From positions 30,411-94,410 of the forward strand of contig OY970290.1 in NCBI GenBank assembly GCA_963716205.1: 64,000 bases of DNA, read 5' to 3'. The notes under the pieces were generated by a model. That model worked only from the letters and a program-made list of their open reading frames with translations, was not told the DNA's origin and did not search any database. Numbering within the stretch: the stretch's first letter is position 1; each line of letters opens with the position of its first letter. This DNA comes from an uncultured bacterium. GTDB taxonomy: Bacteria; Patescibacteriota; Minisyncoccia; Phycocordibacterales; GWA1-40-21. This document shows, piece after piece, positions 27,809-38,480 of this stretch. The translations under genes and the position numbers were made by a program.

Positions 27809-29026
27809 ATGGACAAATTCAAATTCAAAGCGATCGGAAAAGACGATAAAGTTTATGAAGGAATTCGCGAATCCCAAAATAAATTTTCTTTATACAACGA
27901 ACTCAAGGCGGAGGGCAGCACGCTTGTTTCTGCGGTGGAAATAAATCGCAAATCTCACTGGTTTGATTCTTTGACTGCGCTTTTTGGAGGAGTTCCGGAA
28001 GATCAGAAAATAATGTTCACCAAAAATCTCGGCTATATGATCGCCGCTGGGTTGCCGATCGCAAAGAGTCTTTCCGTTTTGGAAAGGCAGATCAGTAATG
28101 CCAAATTCAAGAGCATCATCGTTTCTCTCGAATCGGAAATCAGGAAAGGCCAGACGCTTTCCGATGCGGCATCGGCGTATCCGAGCATTTTTTCAAACCT
28201 GTTCGTATCAATGGTCAAGGCGGGAGAGGAAAGCGGCAAACTTTCCGAATCGCTTGAAATCGTCGGCGATCAGATGGACGGAATGCACAAACTGAAACAG
28301 AAAATTACCGGCGCGATGATTTATCCGGGCATTATTGTTTCCCTGATGATTATTATCGGAGTGCTGATGCTTATCTACGTCGTGCCATCGATCACCGCGA
28401 CATTTACCAGTTTGAACGAAACCTTGCCCATCTACACGCAGATATTGATAGGAACGAGTAATTTTTTGAAAAACAACATATTGCTTTCTCTTGTTATCGT
28501 AGTCGCGGCCGTCCTTTTCTATTATCTTTTCTCAATCTCGAAAATCGGAAAGCGATCAATCGATTTTATTTCGCTGAAATTGCCGGTTGTCGGCGAGCTT
28601 GTCCGTGAGACAAATTCTGCACGTATTGCGCGGACACTTTCGTCACTTCTTTCTTCCGGAGTGGCTTTTGACAAGGCGATTTTGATCACAGGTGATGTCA
28701 TCGGCAACAGTTATTTCAAAAAGATTTTGAGTGATGCCTCCATGCGCGTGCAGAAAGGCGAGACAATCTCGAGCGTTTTTTTGGCGAATACGAAAATTAT
28801 GCCGGATTTTGTCGGAGAAATGATGAATGTCGGCGAAGAAACCGGCCAGCTGCCGCAAATGCTCATGGAAGTTGCCACGTATTATGAAAATTCCGTTGAT
28901 CAAAAAACAAAAGACATGTCCACTATCATTGAGCCCGTGCTGATGATTATCATTGGCGTCGTGGTTGGATTTTTTGCCCTTGCTATCATCAAGCCGATTT
29001 ATTCCGTCATGGACAACATCAGCTAA
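27809..29026 (+). CDS. pilC: Type IV pilus platform protein PilC/GspF
   Basis: AGEESGKL, AMIYP, VGEETGQL, IEP; two GspF repeats and 3 TM. Confidence 0.95.
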   Translation: MDKFKFKAIGKDDKVYEGIRESQNKFSLYNELKAEGSTLVSAVEINRKSHWFDSLTALFGGVPEDQKIMFTKNLGYMIAAGLPIAKSLSVLERQISNAKFKSIIVSLESEIRKGQTLSDAASAYPSIFSNLFVSMVKAGEESGKLSESLEIVGDQMDGMHKLKQKITGAMIYPGIIVSLMIIIGVLMLIYVVPSITATFTSLNETLPIYTQILIGTSNFLKNNILLSLVIVVAAVLFYYLFSISKIGKRSIDFISLKLPVVGELVRETNSARIARTLSSLLSSGVAFDKAILITGDVIGNSYFKKILSDASMRVQKGETISSVFLANTKIMPDFVGEMMNVGEETGQLPQMLMEVATYYENSVDQKTKDMSTIIEPVLMIIIGVVVGFFALAIIKPIYSVMDNIS

Positions 29027-29028
29027 AA

Positions 29029-29391
29029 TTATTTTTCTTTTTTAATATTCCAAAAAATAATTCCGCCAACGACTGCAAGCAGTACAATGATAAACCAATA
29101 CCAAAGGTTATTGGCTGAATTCGCCGGATTCGTTTGAGTGGCGTTTGTTTGCGGATTGGAAGCAGGTAGAGCATTTGCTGAAGCGATATTGGAAGAATTT
29201 TGAGCGGCGACATTTGCATTATAGACGGAGATATCAAAATTTTTGGACATATTTGAAGTAACACTTGCCGGCACGGGCTGGACAGAATGATTATTTGTCG
29301 ACCAATTTTCAAGTATGACAGCGGAAGAACGCGTCGCGAAAGCGAAACTGAATGAAAATAACATTAATGCGGTTATAAATTTTTTAGACAT
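29029..29391 (-). CDS. Small exported protein with C-terminal membrane anchor
   Basis: Signal peptide, Asn/Ser-rich core, C-terminal TM + KKEK; last gene of the pilin operon. Confidence 0.75.
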   Translation of the reverse strand: MSKKFITALMLFSFSFAFATRSSAVILENWSTNNHSVQPVPASVTSNMSKNFDISVYNANVAAQNSSNIASANALPASNPQTNATQTNPANSANNLWYWFIIVLLAVVGGIIFWNIKKEK

Positions 29392-29394
29392 TTT

Positions 29395-30810
29395 TTAATT
29401 GCTTATCCAATTTATCTGCTGGTAACCGGAAGCGGAAAAAGGGAAACTCGGCGGCGGACTGTATAAAAGATTATTGTCATAGGTGTAATACGAATTGGTA
29501 TAACCGGATAAAACATCAGTGCTGATGCCGCTTGTCCAGACAAAATTATCAAACCACCAGCCGAACTCAATTATTGCTCCGTAAATATTGAGATTGTTTT
29601 TTATATCACCTGGATAATAGAAAAACTGGAAACTGGTATTTTGAGAAATGACCGCCGCATCAACCTCGAGATTATTCGGAGCATAATATGTCGGAATGAT
29701 ATCTTTCTGTCCTATCAATCCCAAAACATCCGATCCATCTTTTACTTTGTAGATGATATTGTTCGGAATATATATTGTCGGGGCCGTTTGCGGATTGTAG
29801 GGAAGCTGTGCGGCTGCTACCGTTACTCTTCCGTTCACGGTGCCTTCAACCCACACATTATCTTCGACATAAATAATTCCATTTGCCGGAATAGCCTCGG
29901 TATATTGGAGTGTCCGATTATTATAATCGGTATAATTATTTTCGGCGATCCAATTCATATTGACATCATATGTGCCGCCTGCGGGATTGGAAAGCAAACT
30001 AGTGACTTTATATACACTGACGGTTCCGTTACTTTGAAATACAAGGGAATATCCGTCCGCATTTGAGGGCGGAAGATAAATTCCTCCACTTTGGGCAAGG
30101 CTTTTTATGGAAGCCAGATTGGAAGTGAAAGCGGAAAAATCAATTGCGGGCACAGGGAACTGCCAGAAACTTGAATTTCCCGATCCCCAAACACCTGGCA
30201 TCGTTTGCGATGTGCAGTCTTGCCACGACGGACAGGTATATGTCGCTTCCGCGGAACTGATGGGAGCATTTCCGATAACGTCAAAACGCACGCCGTTATT
30301 CGACTGGACTTGCCCGCTGAATACTGACGGGGAATAATAAATCCAGACCGGACCGTTGTTCAATATTGAATACTGGGCAAGCGATGGAATTCCGTATTGT
30401 GCGGTGACCGTTCTCGTGATCTTCGGATTGGCAATGGTAGAGCCGGTGGATTGTATCGTGACGATTGTCGAGCCGACTTTCGGCGGAGTGATCTGCAGAC
30501 TGAATTGTCCTATTATTTGCTGCGTATCAAAATCAACATACGAATGCACATACGGACCGGTCGACGTTGAGCCGTCCTGATAATCGTTTGGAAAATATGC
30601 CAAATGCCATTGATAATAATTGATTCCCGCATCGGCGATCTGTAACGCCTGCTCGCGGTCAATGGAAGAATTAATCACCCCGACCCTGACAACGAGGGAT
30701 TGTATCAGCGGATAGATGATTACGGACATGAGAAAAATAATGACCATCAGATAAATGAGCGCATATCCTTTATTTCCCCCGCACATTTTTTGATACATTT
30801 TTTTCATCAT
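29395..30810 (-). CDS. Minor pilin PilX-like protein
   Basis: KG|YALIYLMVII (no Glu5), QALQIADAGINY PilX motif; start may be any of 4 nearby Met. Confidence 0.85.
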   Translation of the reverse strand: MMKKMYQKMCGGNKGYALIYLMVIIFLMSVIIYPLIQSLVVRVGVINSSIDREQALQIADAGINYYQWHLAYFPNDYQDGSTSTGPYVHSYVDFDTQQIIGQFSLQITPPKVGSTIVTIQSTGSTIANPKITRTVTAQYGIPSLAQYSILNNGPVWIYYSPSVFSGQVQSNNGVRFDVIGNAPISSAEATYTCPSWQDCTSQTMPGVWGSGNSSFWQFPVPAIDFSAFTSNLASIKSLAQSGGIYLPPSNADGYSLVFQSNGTVSVYKVTSLLSNPAGGTYDVNMNWIAENNYTDYNNRTLQYTEAIPANGIIYVEDNVWVEGTVNGRVTVAAAQLPYNPQTAPTIYIPNNIIYKVKDGSDVLGLIGQKDIIPTYYAPNNLEVDAAVISQNTSFQFFYYPGDIKNNLNIYGAIIEFGWWFDNFVWTSGISTDVLSGYTNSYYTYDNNLLYSPPPSFPFSASGYQQINWISN

Positions 30811-30811
30811 A

Positions 30812-31453
30812 TTAATCTCCCAAATTGGTTTTTAAGTTTCGTATTGAAGCCCCGGCGCTTACCGAGAATGTGCTTGTAGAAAGGGCGGTGGTCTTTTTGA
30901 GAATATTCATGGTAATGAGAACGTATTTTACTTGGGTTACATTTACCGGCTGAACGAGCGGGAGGGTTGAAGAGATGCCGGCATAATTGCCATCGTAATA
31001 ATAAAAAATCGGCGCTCCCGTATTCGCAATATTATTTTGCACAGGAATGATTTTTTCGGAAGCGGAATTATAGGTAAGCGGACTGCCGGTCGGAATGATA
31101 ATACCTTCGTAGAGAGTACCTCCGTTTACATAATAGCGGATCTTGGCGAGAATTCCCGAACTTTGTCCATAGCTTGAATAGAAAATAATCTGAGTTGTGC
31201 TTGCTTGATTGATCGGATATCCGCCGTCATTGCCAACCGAGGCATTTCGAATCTGATTTACAAAATTTCCGGCGACAATGCCGGCACTGTCCACCGTGCC
31301 GATCGAAGCCGAGCTGTTGTTTGCATTCATAAACAAATTAGTGACAAGCGCGTTGACGCCAAGAGCCAAGATAGTGAAAATGACTATCACCATCATTGTT
31401 TCAACGAGAGTGAATCCTGTTTTAAATTTTTTTTTGTTGTGAATAGATCGCAT
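30812..31453 (-). CDS. Prepilin-type minor pilin (PilW-like)
   Basis: G|FTLVE N-methylation motif plus hydrophobic helix. Confidence 0.9.
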   Translation of the reverse strand: MRSIHNKKKFKTGFTLVETMMVIVIFTILALGVNALVTNLFMNANNSSASIGTVDSAGIVAGNFVNQIRNASVGNDGGYPINQASTTQIIFYSSYGQSSGILAKIRYYVNGGTLYEGIIIPTGSPLTYNSASEKIIPVQNNIANTGAPIFYYYDGNYAGISSTLPLVQPVNVTQVKYVLITMNILKKTTALSTSTFSVSAGASIRNLKTNLGD

Positions 31454-31456
31454 ATG

Positions 31457-33238
31457 TTAATGGCTCAATGAAACTTGAAACGATTGATAGCCGGAAATGC
31501 TCAAAGGGCTGATTGTTTGCGTCGCGTATCCAGGTGCACTGACGGTGATTTGATAGTTGCTGTCTTTTTGCAGGCCGGGGAAGAAAACTTGTCCAGGCGT
31601 AAAGCATCCGGAAACATAATTTATATTGACGCTCGTCAGAACCGGCGTTTCCGTGTCGTCCGTCGTGCTCAAAAATACTTCATAGCGAAGATAGCGTGCG
31701 GACGGACTATTGATGGTCGTTCCAGGAGTCGTATAATAGCTTGCGTTTGTGCCGTCCGGACCGATGAAGTTCCATGTCGTTGTGGCAGTATCCGTATTGC
31801 TCGTTGCAATTTGAAATTGTATTAATGTCGCAGGATTTTGCGAGGTCGGCTGCCAATCCAAAGTCGTGTAGGTCGTCGAAGCCGTGCCGGTATCAAAGGT
31901 GGAAGAAATCAATGAACCGTTTGAAGTATACGTCACGCCGCCATCATAACTCAATAAGCGCAAAGCCGTCGGTATGACATTGGTGCTGACGTGTCCGTCG
32001 TCTGAAAAATATTTCGTATCGTCCGACCAGTCGGCCTGGCCCGATCCGCCGGACCAATCATTGCTACTCCAGATATTGCCACCGGTGAATCCTTCGAAAT
32101 TCGTTTGCGTGTCTGTCGCATCCTCAAGCTGGACATCGGCATTTTCAATCGGATTGTTCGTGGTCGAATCTTTGACGATTACCAAAAGACTGTTTGTCGT
32201 TTTTGGCCCGAGGATGAGCGTAAAACTTTGTGCCGTATCGGGAAGGACGGTTACGACTTGGATGGGTGAAGAGCCATAGACCATTTTTGTTGGATCAGTC
32301 AAAATGGGAGTGTAATTGTCCCATTCAATGGAACCGAGAGAAATATTTCCGTTACTGTCCGATGTGTAATCATGATCGAATTTCAATATATTCGGGCTGC
32401 CGATAAGCTTTGCACCTTGCACTTCCATGCCGATGTTTGGCAGTACACTACAGAGTTGATCGAGGGTGCTGAAAGACAATGAACTCAATTGGTCGATGGA
32501 AAAACTGATTTGAGTGACCTGTCCGTTTGCAATAGTGGAATCTGGTTTGATCGGATTCGGATTGCTGGCCGAGCTCGTATATGTTTGGTCGCTCGAATAT
32601 CCGTTTTTGGTAACAACAATGTGATATCCGTTGACACTGTCCGGCAAGCCGACTTCAATCCAATCGCCGCTTGCATTCGTTGTTCTGGTCAAATTTATGT
32701 TTGGCGTGATGTCGGTATTTGTAATATTTATTGTCGCATCTGGCACCGGCTGTCCGACTGCATTAAAAACTTCTATCGACAATGCCCCGGTGTTTGGCAG
32801 GCTTTCCAGGTCTTTCGGCACTATGGTAGTGACAAAATCATATATTTTTCCCGAAGTGATATTTTTTATATAAAGTTTTACCTGTTTGTAATCAGGACTC
32901 GACGAAGGATCGGCAGGGTCGCTGATATAATTGACCACATAATAAATTTGGTATGTTGAGCCATTGAGATTTATTTGCGTTGCATTCGGCAGATCCGGCA
33001 AGCTGCCGTGCGGATTTCCGCTGAGCGTGCCTACCGTGGAATAGGGCAAATTATGCACGACTTCCATATATTCGTCGGCAAGATTGGAAAGAGCGACATT
33101 GTCCCGATAGGCACTGATGCCTTTGACCATCAACGCCGAAGTTTGATAAATGACCATGGCAATCACAACAAAAATCGCAAGAGCAACCAAGCTTTCCACA
33201 AGTGAAAATCCTCCCTTTTTTGCCTCATTTTTTAACAC
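31457..33238 (-). CDS. Large prepilin (PilV-like) with C-terminal beta-sandwich domains
   Basis: G|FSLVE; carboxypeptidase-regulatory-like repeats (GQPVPDATI...TNASG; VSAPGY); GTG start. Confidence 0.88.
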   Translation of the reverse strand: MLKNEAKKGGFSLVESLVALAIFVVIAMVIYQTSALMVKGISAYRDNVALSNLADEYMEVVHNLPYSTVGTLSGNPHGSLPDLPNATQINLNGSTYQIYYVVNYISDPADPSSSPDYKQVKLYIKNITSGKIYDFVTTIVPKDLESLPNTGALSIEVFNAVGQPVPDATINITNTDITPNINLTRTTNASGDWIEVGLPDSVNGYHIVVTKNGYSSDQTYTSSASNPNPIKPDSTIANGQVTQISFSIDQLSSLSFSTLDQLCSVLPNIGMEVQGAKLIGSPNILKFDHDYTSDSNGNISLGSIEWDNYTPILTDPTKMVYGSSPIQVVTVLPDTAQSFTLILGPKTTNSLLVIVKDSTTNNPIENADVQLEDATDTQTNFEGFTGGNIWSSNDWSGGSGQADWSDDTKYFSDDGHVSTNVIPTALRLLSYDGGVTYTSNGSLISSTFDTGTASTTYTTLDWQPTSQNPATLIQFQIATSNTDTATTTWNFIGPDGTNASYYTTPGTTINSPSARYLRYEVFLSTTDDTETPVLTSVNINYVSGCFTPGQVFFPGLQKDSNYQITVSAPGYATQTISPLSISGYQSFQVSLSH

Positions 33239-33327
33239 CAGACAAATTTTATCATGTTTCTGGGCACAATTCTAATGAAAGCAGCGGCTGCTTTCAAAAA
33301 TTTTCCCTGCATGCTATCATTCGCATT

Positions 33328-34494
33328 ATGGAAGCAAAAGAAAACAACAAATTTGTTGTGAACATTACTCCGGGTTCTTTTTTGAAGGGAATTTTGCTTG
33401 TCCTTCTTTTTTGGTTTTTGTTTTATATCAAGGATGTCGTGCTTGTCGTTTTGACCGCAGTCGTTCTTGCTTCCGGCATCGAGCCTTTGATCGGTTGGTT
33501 CAAAAGATTCAAAATCAAACGGCTTCCGGCGGCGATTATCTCTTATGTATTTTTATTCGGAGCTTTTGCCGGACTGATGTTTTTTTTCGTTCCGGCTGTT
33601 TTGAATGAGACATCTTCATTCCTTTCAGACTTGCCGCAATATCTTGATTCGACGACTCTGTGGAATCCGCTCAGTATTTCAAGCACCGATATTTCAACAT
33701 CGCAAAAAGTTGTTCAAAACGTATCAGAAGGTCTTAACAATCCGAGTCAGCTGGTAAAAGCTGCGGGTCAACAAGTAAATCCTACCGGTAATTCAAATTT
33801 TGGTATCGGAGACCTGATACAAAGTGTTCAGAGCATCACTTCAAATGTTACTGGCGGATTCGTCAAAATTGTTAGCGCAGTATTCGGAGGATTTCTTTCA
33901 TTTATTTTAATTATCGTTTTGTCTTTTTATCTTGTCGTTCAGGAAGACGGTATTGCTAAATTCTTGGGTCTTGTCACTCCCGTCAAACAGGAAAAATATG
34001 TCGTCGATCTCTGGAAACGGTCGCAAAGGAAAATCGGACAGTGGATGCAAGGACAATTGTTACTCGGTGTACTTGTCGGTGTCCTATTGTTTCTCGGTTT
34101 GACGATTCTCGGCGTGAACAACGCACTTTTGCTCGCAGTCGTTTCCGGACTGCTTGAAATTATTCCAGTTTTCGGTCCGATCATTGCTTCCATTCCCTCC
34201 ATCATTATGGCGTTTGTCGGCGGAGGAGTGACCGCGGCGCTCTTAGTTGTCGGTCTGTATATCATTGTCCAGCAATTTGAGAGCAATCTCATCTATCCGC
34301 TCGTCGTCAGAAAAATCATCGGTGTTTCGCCGATACTTGTCATTCTCGCACTCATTATCGGCGCAAAGCTTGCCGGCTTTTTGGGAATCGTCCTTGCCGT
34401 GCCGACCGTTTCGGTCCTCATGGAATTCATGGAAGATGTCGAACGGAGAAAAATTCTCTTTTGGAAAAAAGCCGAGGAACTGGAAAAAATCTGA
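33328..34494 (+). CDS. AI-2E family transporter
   Basis: Multi-TM; W..GQL, IPVFGP, QQFESNLIYP, G.SP, GFLGIVLAVP; start ATG 33328. Confidence 0.92.
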   Translation: MEAKENNKFVVNITPGSFLKGILLVLLFWFLFYIKDVVLVVLTAVVLASGIEPLIGWFKRFKIKRLPAAIISYVFLFGAFAGLMFFFVPAVLNETSSFLSDLPQYLDSTTLWNPLSISSTDISTSQKVVQNVSEGLNNPSQLVKAAGQQVNPTGNSNFGIGDLIQSVQSITSNVTGGFVKIVSAVFGGFLSFILIIVLSFYLVVQEDGIAKFLGLVTPVKQEKYVVDLWKRSQRKIGQWMQGQLLLGVLVGVLLFLGLTILGVNNALLLAVVSGLLEIIPVFGPIIASIPSIIMAFVGGGVTAALLVVGLYIIVQQFESNLIYPLVVRKIIGVSPILVILALIIGAKLAGFLGIVLAVPTVSVLMEFMEDVERRKILFWKKAEELEKI

Positions 34495-36005
34495 TGAAGG
34501 AAAAATCAAACTCAAATAAATTTTATATCACGACGACCTTGCCGTATGTGAATTCGGACCCGCATATTGGTTTTGCGATGGAACTTATCAGAGCGGATAT
34601 GATTGCACGATACAAAAAACTCCAAGGATTCGATGTCTTTTTCAATACCGGCACGGATGAGCATGGATTGAAAATTTTCCGTAATGCAGAAAAACTCGGC
34701 ATTAGCACGCAAAAATATGTTGATGATTACGCCGCAAAATTCAAAGCATTGATCCCACTTCTCGGTATATCGGATGACGTAGTGTTTACGAGAACGACGG
34801 ATGCACATCACATCAAGTCCGCGCAGGAATTCTGGAAACTCTGCGTCAAAAACAGCTATATTTATAAAAAGAATTATACGATCAATTATTGTGTCGGCTG
34901 CGAGCTCGAGAAATCCAATTCCGAATTGGTGGACGGCAAATGTCCGCTCCATCCAAATTTAGAAATTGAGTATATTGAAGAAGAAAATTATTTTTTCAAA
35001 TTTTCGGAATTTCAGCAACAGCTTTTGGATTTGTATAAAAAGAATCCTGAATTTGTCATTCCTGCGCATCGACTCAATGAAATAAAAGCTTTTGTCGAGC
35101 GGGGACTTTCAGATTTCAGCATTTCTCGGTTGAAAGAGAAAATGCCGTGGGGGATAGAAGTGCCGGGTGACAAAGACCAAGTGATGTATGTCTGGTTTGA
35201 CGCGCTCGTTAATTATATTTCCGCGATCGGCTGGCCGGATGATATGAAAAAGTTTGAAATGTGGCACAACAAAGAGAACGGAATGACTCAATACTGTGGT
35301 AAAGACAATCTCCGTCAGCAGGCTTCCATGTGGCAGGCAATGCTCATGGCAGCAGATTTGCCACCCTCCAAAACTATTGTGATAGATGGTTTCGTGACGG
35401 GTGAAGGTGGTGTGAAAATGTCCAAATCGCTCGGTAATACGATCGAGCCAGGTGAACTCGTTGCTGAATATGGAACTGATGCTCTACGACTGTATGTTGC
35501 AAAAGAAATCGCTCCGTTTGAAGACACTCCATTTACCAAAAAAAGTTTTCATGACGCGTACAATGCCAATCTCGCGAATGGGCTGGGGAATTTGGTGAGC
35601 AGGATTATGACTCTTTCTGAAAGAATTATAAAAAATCCACGCGTCGTTGAACTTATCGTGGAAGACGTTAAAAAAAGAGGACTTACTCTTTTTATCCAGC
35701 AGGATTTTGATAATTTTAACCTTCAGATGGCATGTCTTGGAATATGGAATCAAATAGCAAAACTTGATAAAAAAATAGCAGAAGAAGCCCCGTTTAAAGT
35801 TATCAAAGTTGATGAGAAAAAAGCAGAAGAAATGTTTGTAAAAAAACCAGTCGATGACCAACGTGATAATATTGGATATTTATGGGATTTGGCTACCATT
35901 GCTTACGAACTAGAACCAATTTTACCGGATACATCCCGAAAAATTATTGAAATCATGAAGAGAAACAAAAAACCTGAAACTCCTCTTTTTGTTCGCAAAG
36001 ATTGA
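34494..36005 (+). CDS. metG: Methionine--tRNA ligase
   Basis: YITTTLPYVNSDPHIG, GTDEHG, YVWFDAL.NY, KMSKS; TGATG overlap with upstream gene. Confidence 0.97.
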   Translation: MKEKSNSNKFYITTTLPYVNSDPHIGFAMELIRADMIARYKKLQGFDVFFNTGTDEHGLKIFRNAEKLGISTQKYVDDYAAKFKALIPLLGISDDVVFTRTTDAHHIKSAQEFWKLCVKNSYIYKKNYTINYCVGCELEKSNSELVDGKCPLHPNLEIEYIEEENYFFKFSEFQQQLLDLYKKNPEFVIPAHRLNEIKAFVERGLSDFSISRLKEKMPWGIEVPGDKDQVMYVWFDALVNYISAIGWPDDMKKFEMWHNKENGMTQYCGKDNLRQQASMWQAMLMAADLPPSKTIVIDGFVTGEGGVKMSKSLGNTIEPGELVAEYGTDALRLYVAKEIAPFEDTPFTKKSFHDAYNANLANGLGNLVSRIMTLSERIIKNPRVVELIVEDVKKRGLTLFIQQDFDNFNLQMACLGIWNQIAKLDKKIAEEAPFKVIKVDEKKAEEMFVKKPVDDQRDNIGYLWDLATIAYELEPILPDTSRKIIEIMKRNKKPETPLFVRKD

Positions 36006-36009
36006 TGAA

Positions 36010-36498
36010 ATGAAAATAAATATTTTTACAACAGGTGGAACAATAGATAAAACCTACGCTACTAACAAAGGTACGGTTAATTTTTCTTTTGGTGACCCAG
36101 CGATAAAAGAATTATTCGATAAAAAATTAAAAGTAGGATTTACTTTTAATATCAAAAATATTTTATCAAAAGATAGCACTGAAATGACAGATGAAGATAG
36201 AATTTTGGTTAAGAAAGCCTGTGAAAAATCTGACGTTTCCAAAATATTGATTACTCATGGCACTGATACCATGATTGATACGGCAAAAGTTTTAGCTGGT
36301 ATAAAAGATAAAATTATTATTTTAACGGGTTCATCTTTACCTTATATATTTAAAGATTCAGATGCTGATTTTAATATTGGAGTTGCTATTGGAGCACTGA
36401 ATGTTTTGGAAAATGGTGTTTATATCGCTATGAACGGAAGAATTTTTCCTTGGAACAAATGCCAAAAAACACAAGACGGAAGATTTATTGAATTGTAA
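36010..36498 (+). CDS. Asparaginase N-terminal-domain-only protein
   Basis: TTGGTI, DS..MT, THGTDTM, SDADFN motifs; 162 aa. Confidence 0.88.
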   Translation: MKINIFTTGGTIDKTYATNKGTVNFSFGDPAIKELFDKKLKVGFTFNIKNILSKDSTEMTDEDRILVKKACEKSDVSKILITHGTDTMIDTAKVLAGIKDKIIILTGSSLPYIFKDSDADFNIGVAIGALNVLENGVYIAMNGRIFPWNKCQKTQDGRFIEL

Positions 36499-36501
36499 TT
36501 T

Positions 36502-37275
36502 ATGCAGATCAAATACATCGATATCCATTCGCACCTTGGTTTTGCTGATTATGGGAAAGATCAGGATGAAGTAGTGAAACGGATGCAGGATAATGGCGTC
36601 TCGACGATCACCGTCGGTACGGATTTGGAAAGCTCGCGCGAGGCGGTGAAAGTTGCCGAAAAATATGAAAATGTTTTGGCATGCATCGGCGCGCATCCGC
36701 ATGATGATACACATTTCGTATTTGTTGAGGAAGATTTTGCTGAGCTTGTGAAAAATCCGAAAGTGGTGGCAATAGGGGAATGCGGATTGGATTATTTTAA
36801 GCTGACGGAGAATATCAAAGCGGAAAAATCCCGTCAGAAAAAAGAATTTATAAAACAAATTGAGTTTGCCATTAAATATCAAAAACCTTTAATGCTTCAT
36901 GTCCGCGAAGCATACGAAGATGCGTATGAAATTTTGAAAAATTATCCGAAAGCGCGCGGTAATGTTCACTTTTTCACGGGTACTACCGAATGGGCGGAGA
37001 AGTTCATTGATCTGGGATTTACCATTTCATTTCCGGGAGTGATAACTTTTGCCAAGGAAACACAAGACGCAGTGAAAAATATTCCGCTCAATATGATGCA
37101 TGCCGAGACGGACTCGCCGTTTGCGGCACCGACTCCGTATCGCGGAAAGAGAAATGAACCAACCTATGTTATTGAAGTGGTGAAAAAAATCGCCGAACTT
37201 CGCGGCAATGATTTGGAAACCATCCAAAAACAGCTTTTGGAGAATGCGAAGAGGGTGTTTGGAATAAATATATAA
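36502..37275 (+). CDS. tatD: TatD family nuclease
   Basis: DIHSH, G.HPH, AIGECGLDY, LH.R, HFF, ETDSP, RGKRNEP. Confidence 0.95.
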   Translation: MQIKYIDIHSHLGFADYGKDQDEVVKRMQDNGVSTITVGTDLESSREAVKVAEKYENVLACIGAHPHDDTHFVFVEEDFAELVKNPKVVAIGECGLDYFKLTENIKAEKSRQKKEFIKQIEFAIKYQKPLMLHVREAYEDAYEILKNYPKARGNVHFFTGTTEWAEKFIDLGFTISFPGVITFAKETQDAVKNIPLNMMHAETDSPFAAPTPYRGKRNEPTYVIEVVKKIAELRGNDLETIQKQLLENAKRVFGINI

Positions 37276-37284
37276 AAGTAGGCT

Positions 37285-37497
37285 TCACGGTTGACCGTGA
37301 AGCCTTTTGTATTCTTTGAGTCTTATCCGTGCTTCTTTTAATTTTGCTTTTTGATAGGTGATACTTTCCGCCAATTTTTTCTTTTGTTTTGGTCCAAGAG
37401 GAGCAGCTTCAAGATGTTGCACGTCCGCCTTAATAGAATTTGCTAGGTCCCTTATAGTACTATAAAATCCGTGAATAAAAGGTTTCTCCATTTCCAT
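37285..37497 (-). CDS. Small basic hypothetical protein
   Basis: SD AAGGAG; TTGACA-16-TAATAT promoter near 37535-37562. Confidence 0.65.
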   Translation of the reverse strand: MEMEKPFIHGFYSTIRDLANSIKADVQHLEAAPLGPKQKKKLAESITYQKAKLKEARIRLKEYKRLHGQP

Positions 37498-37608
37498 CTC
37501 ATTTCTCCTTGAATGTATTCAAATCTATTTATTATATTAGCTACATTGAAGTAAATGTCAAATTGAAGAAGTCTTTTTATTTATCTTATATTTTGCTAGA
37601 GTATCAGG

Positions 37609-38475
37609 ATGGAACCGAAAACTCTTATCACCAAACCAAGCGCGGATTACGAGCTGATCGACAGCGGAAACGAAGAGAAGCTCGAGCGCTATGGCAAATA
37701 TGTACTACGAAGACCGGACCCACAAGCCCTGTGGCAGAAAACATTGCCGGAAAGCGAATGGAAAAATGCGGACACGGTTTTTGATGCGAATAAAAAAACT
37801 TGGAAAAAGAGAAACGGGCAAATGCAAAATGAATGGCAGATCGGATTTGGCGAAATAAAATTCAACATCAAGCCAACCGCGTTCAAGCACACCGGAGTTT
37901 TCCCGGAGCAAAAGCCGAATTGGAATTGGATACAAGAAAAAATAAAAAATTCTGGCAGAACATTGAAAGTTTTGAATTTATTTGGTTACACCGGCGGAGC
38001 AACACTTGCTGCACTTTCTGCCGGAGCGGAAGTGACACATGTGGACGGTTCAAAATCTGCAGTGAGTTGGGCAAAAGAAAATGCCGAGTTGAGTGGTCTT
38101 GATAAAAAGCCGGTGCGGTGGCTCGTCGATGATGCGAGGAAATTCGTCATGCGGGAAATAAAAAGAGGAGGGAAATACGACGCCATCATCATGGACCCGC
38201 CGTCGTTTGGCAGGGGAGGCAAAGGCGAAATTTGGAAAATAGAGGATAATTTTCTTCCACTTCTCACTGAATGCGCAAAAATTCTCTCCGACAATCCGGC
38301 GTTTTTCTTGATCAATGGCTATGCGGCTGGATATTCTGCCATCGCGTACTACAACGCACTCAAACCGTTTGTCGAAAAATACGGTGGACAATTTGAGTTT
38401 GGTGAATTGACAATCGAGGAATCAAAAGGGAAAAAATTATTACCATGTGGAATTTTTGTAAGATGGTCAAAATAA
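37609..38475 (+). CDS. Class I SAM-dependent methyltransferase (RlmI/RlmK-like)
   Basis: HTGVFPEQ, LNLFGYTGG, IMDPPSFG. Confidence 0.9.
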   Translation: MEPKTLITKPSADYELIDSGNEEKLERYGKYVLRRPDPQALWQKTLPESEWKNADTVFDANKKTWKKRNGQMQNEWQIGFGEIKFNIKPTAFKHTGVFPEQKPNWNWIQEKIKNSGRTLKVLNLFGYTGGATLAALSAGAEVTHVDGSKSAVSWAKENAELSGLDKKPVRWLVDDARKFVMREIKRGGKYDAIIMDPPSFGRGGKGEIWKIEDNFLPLLTECAKILSDNPAFFLINGYAAGYSAIAYYNALKPFVEKYGGQFEFGELTIEESKGKKLLPCGIFVRWSK

Positions 38476-38480
38476 AATAA

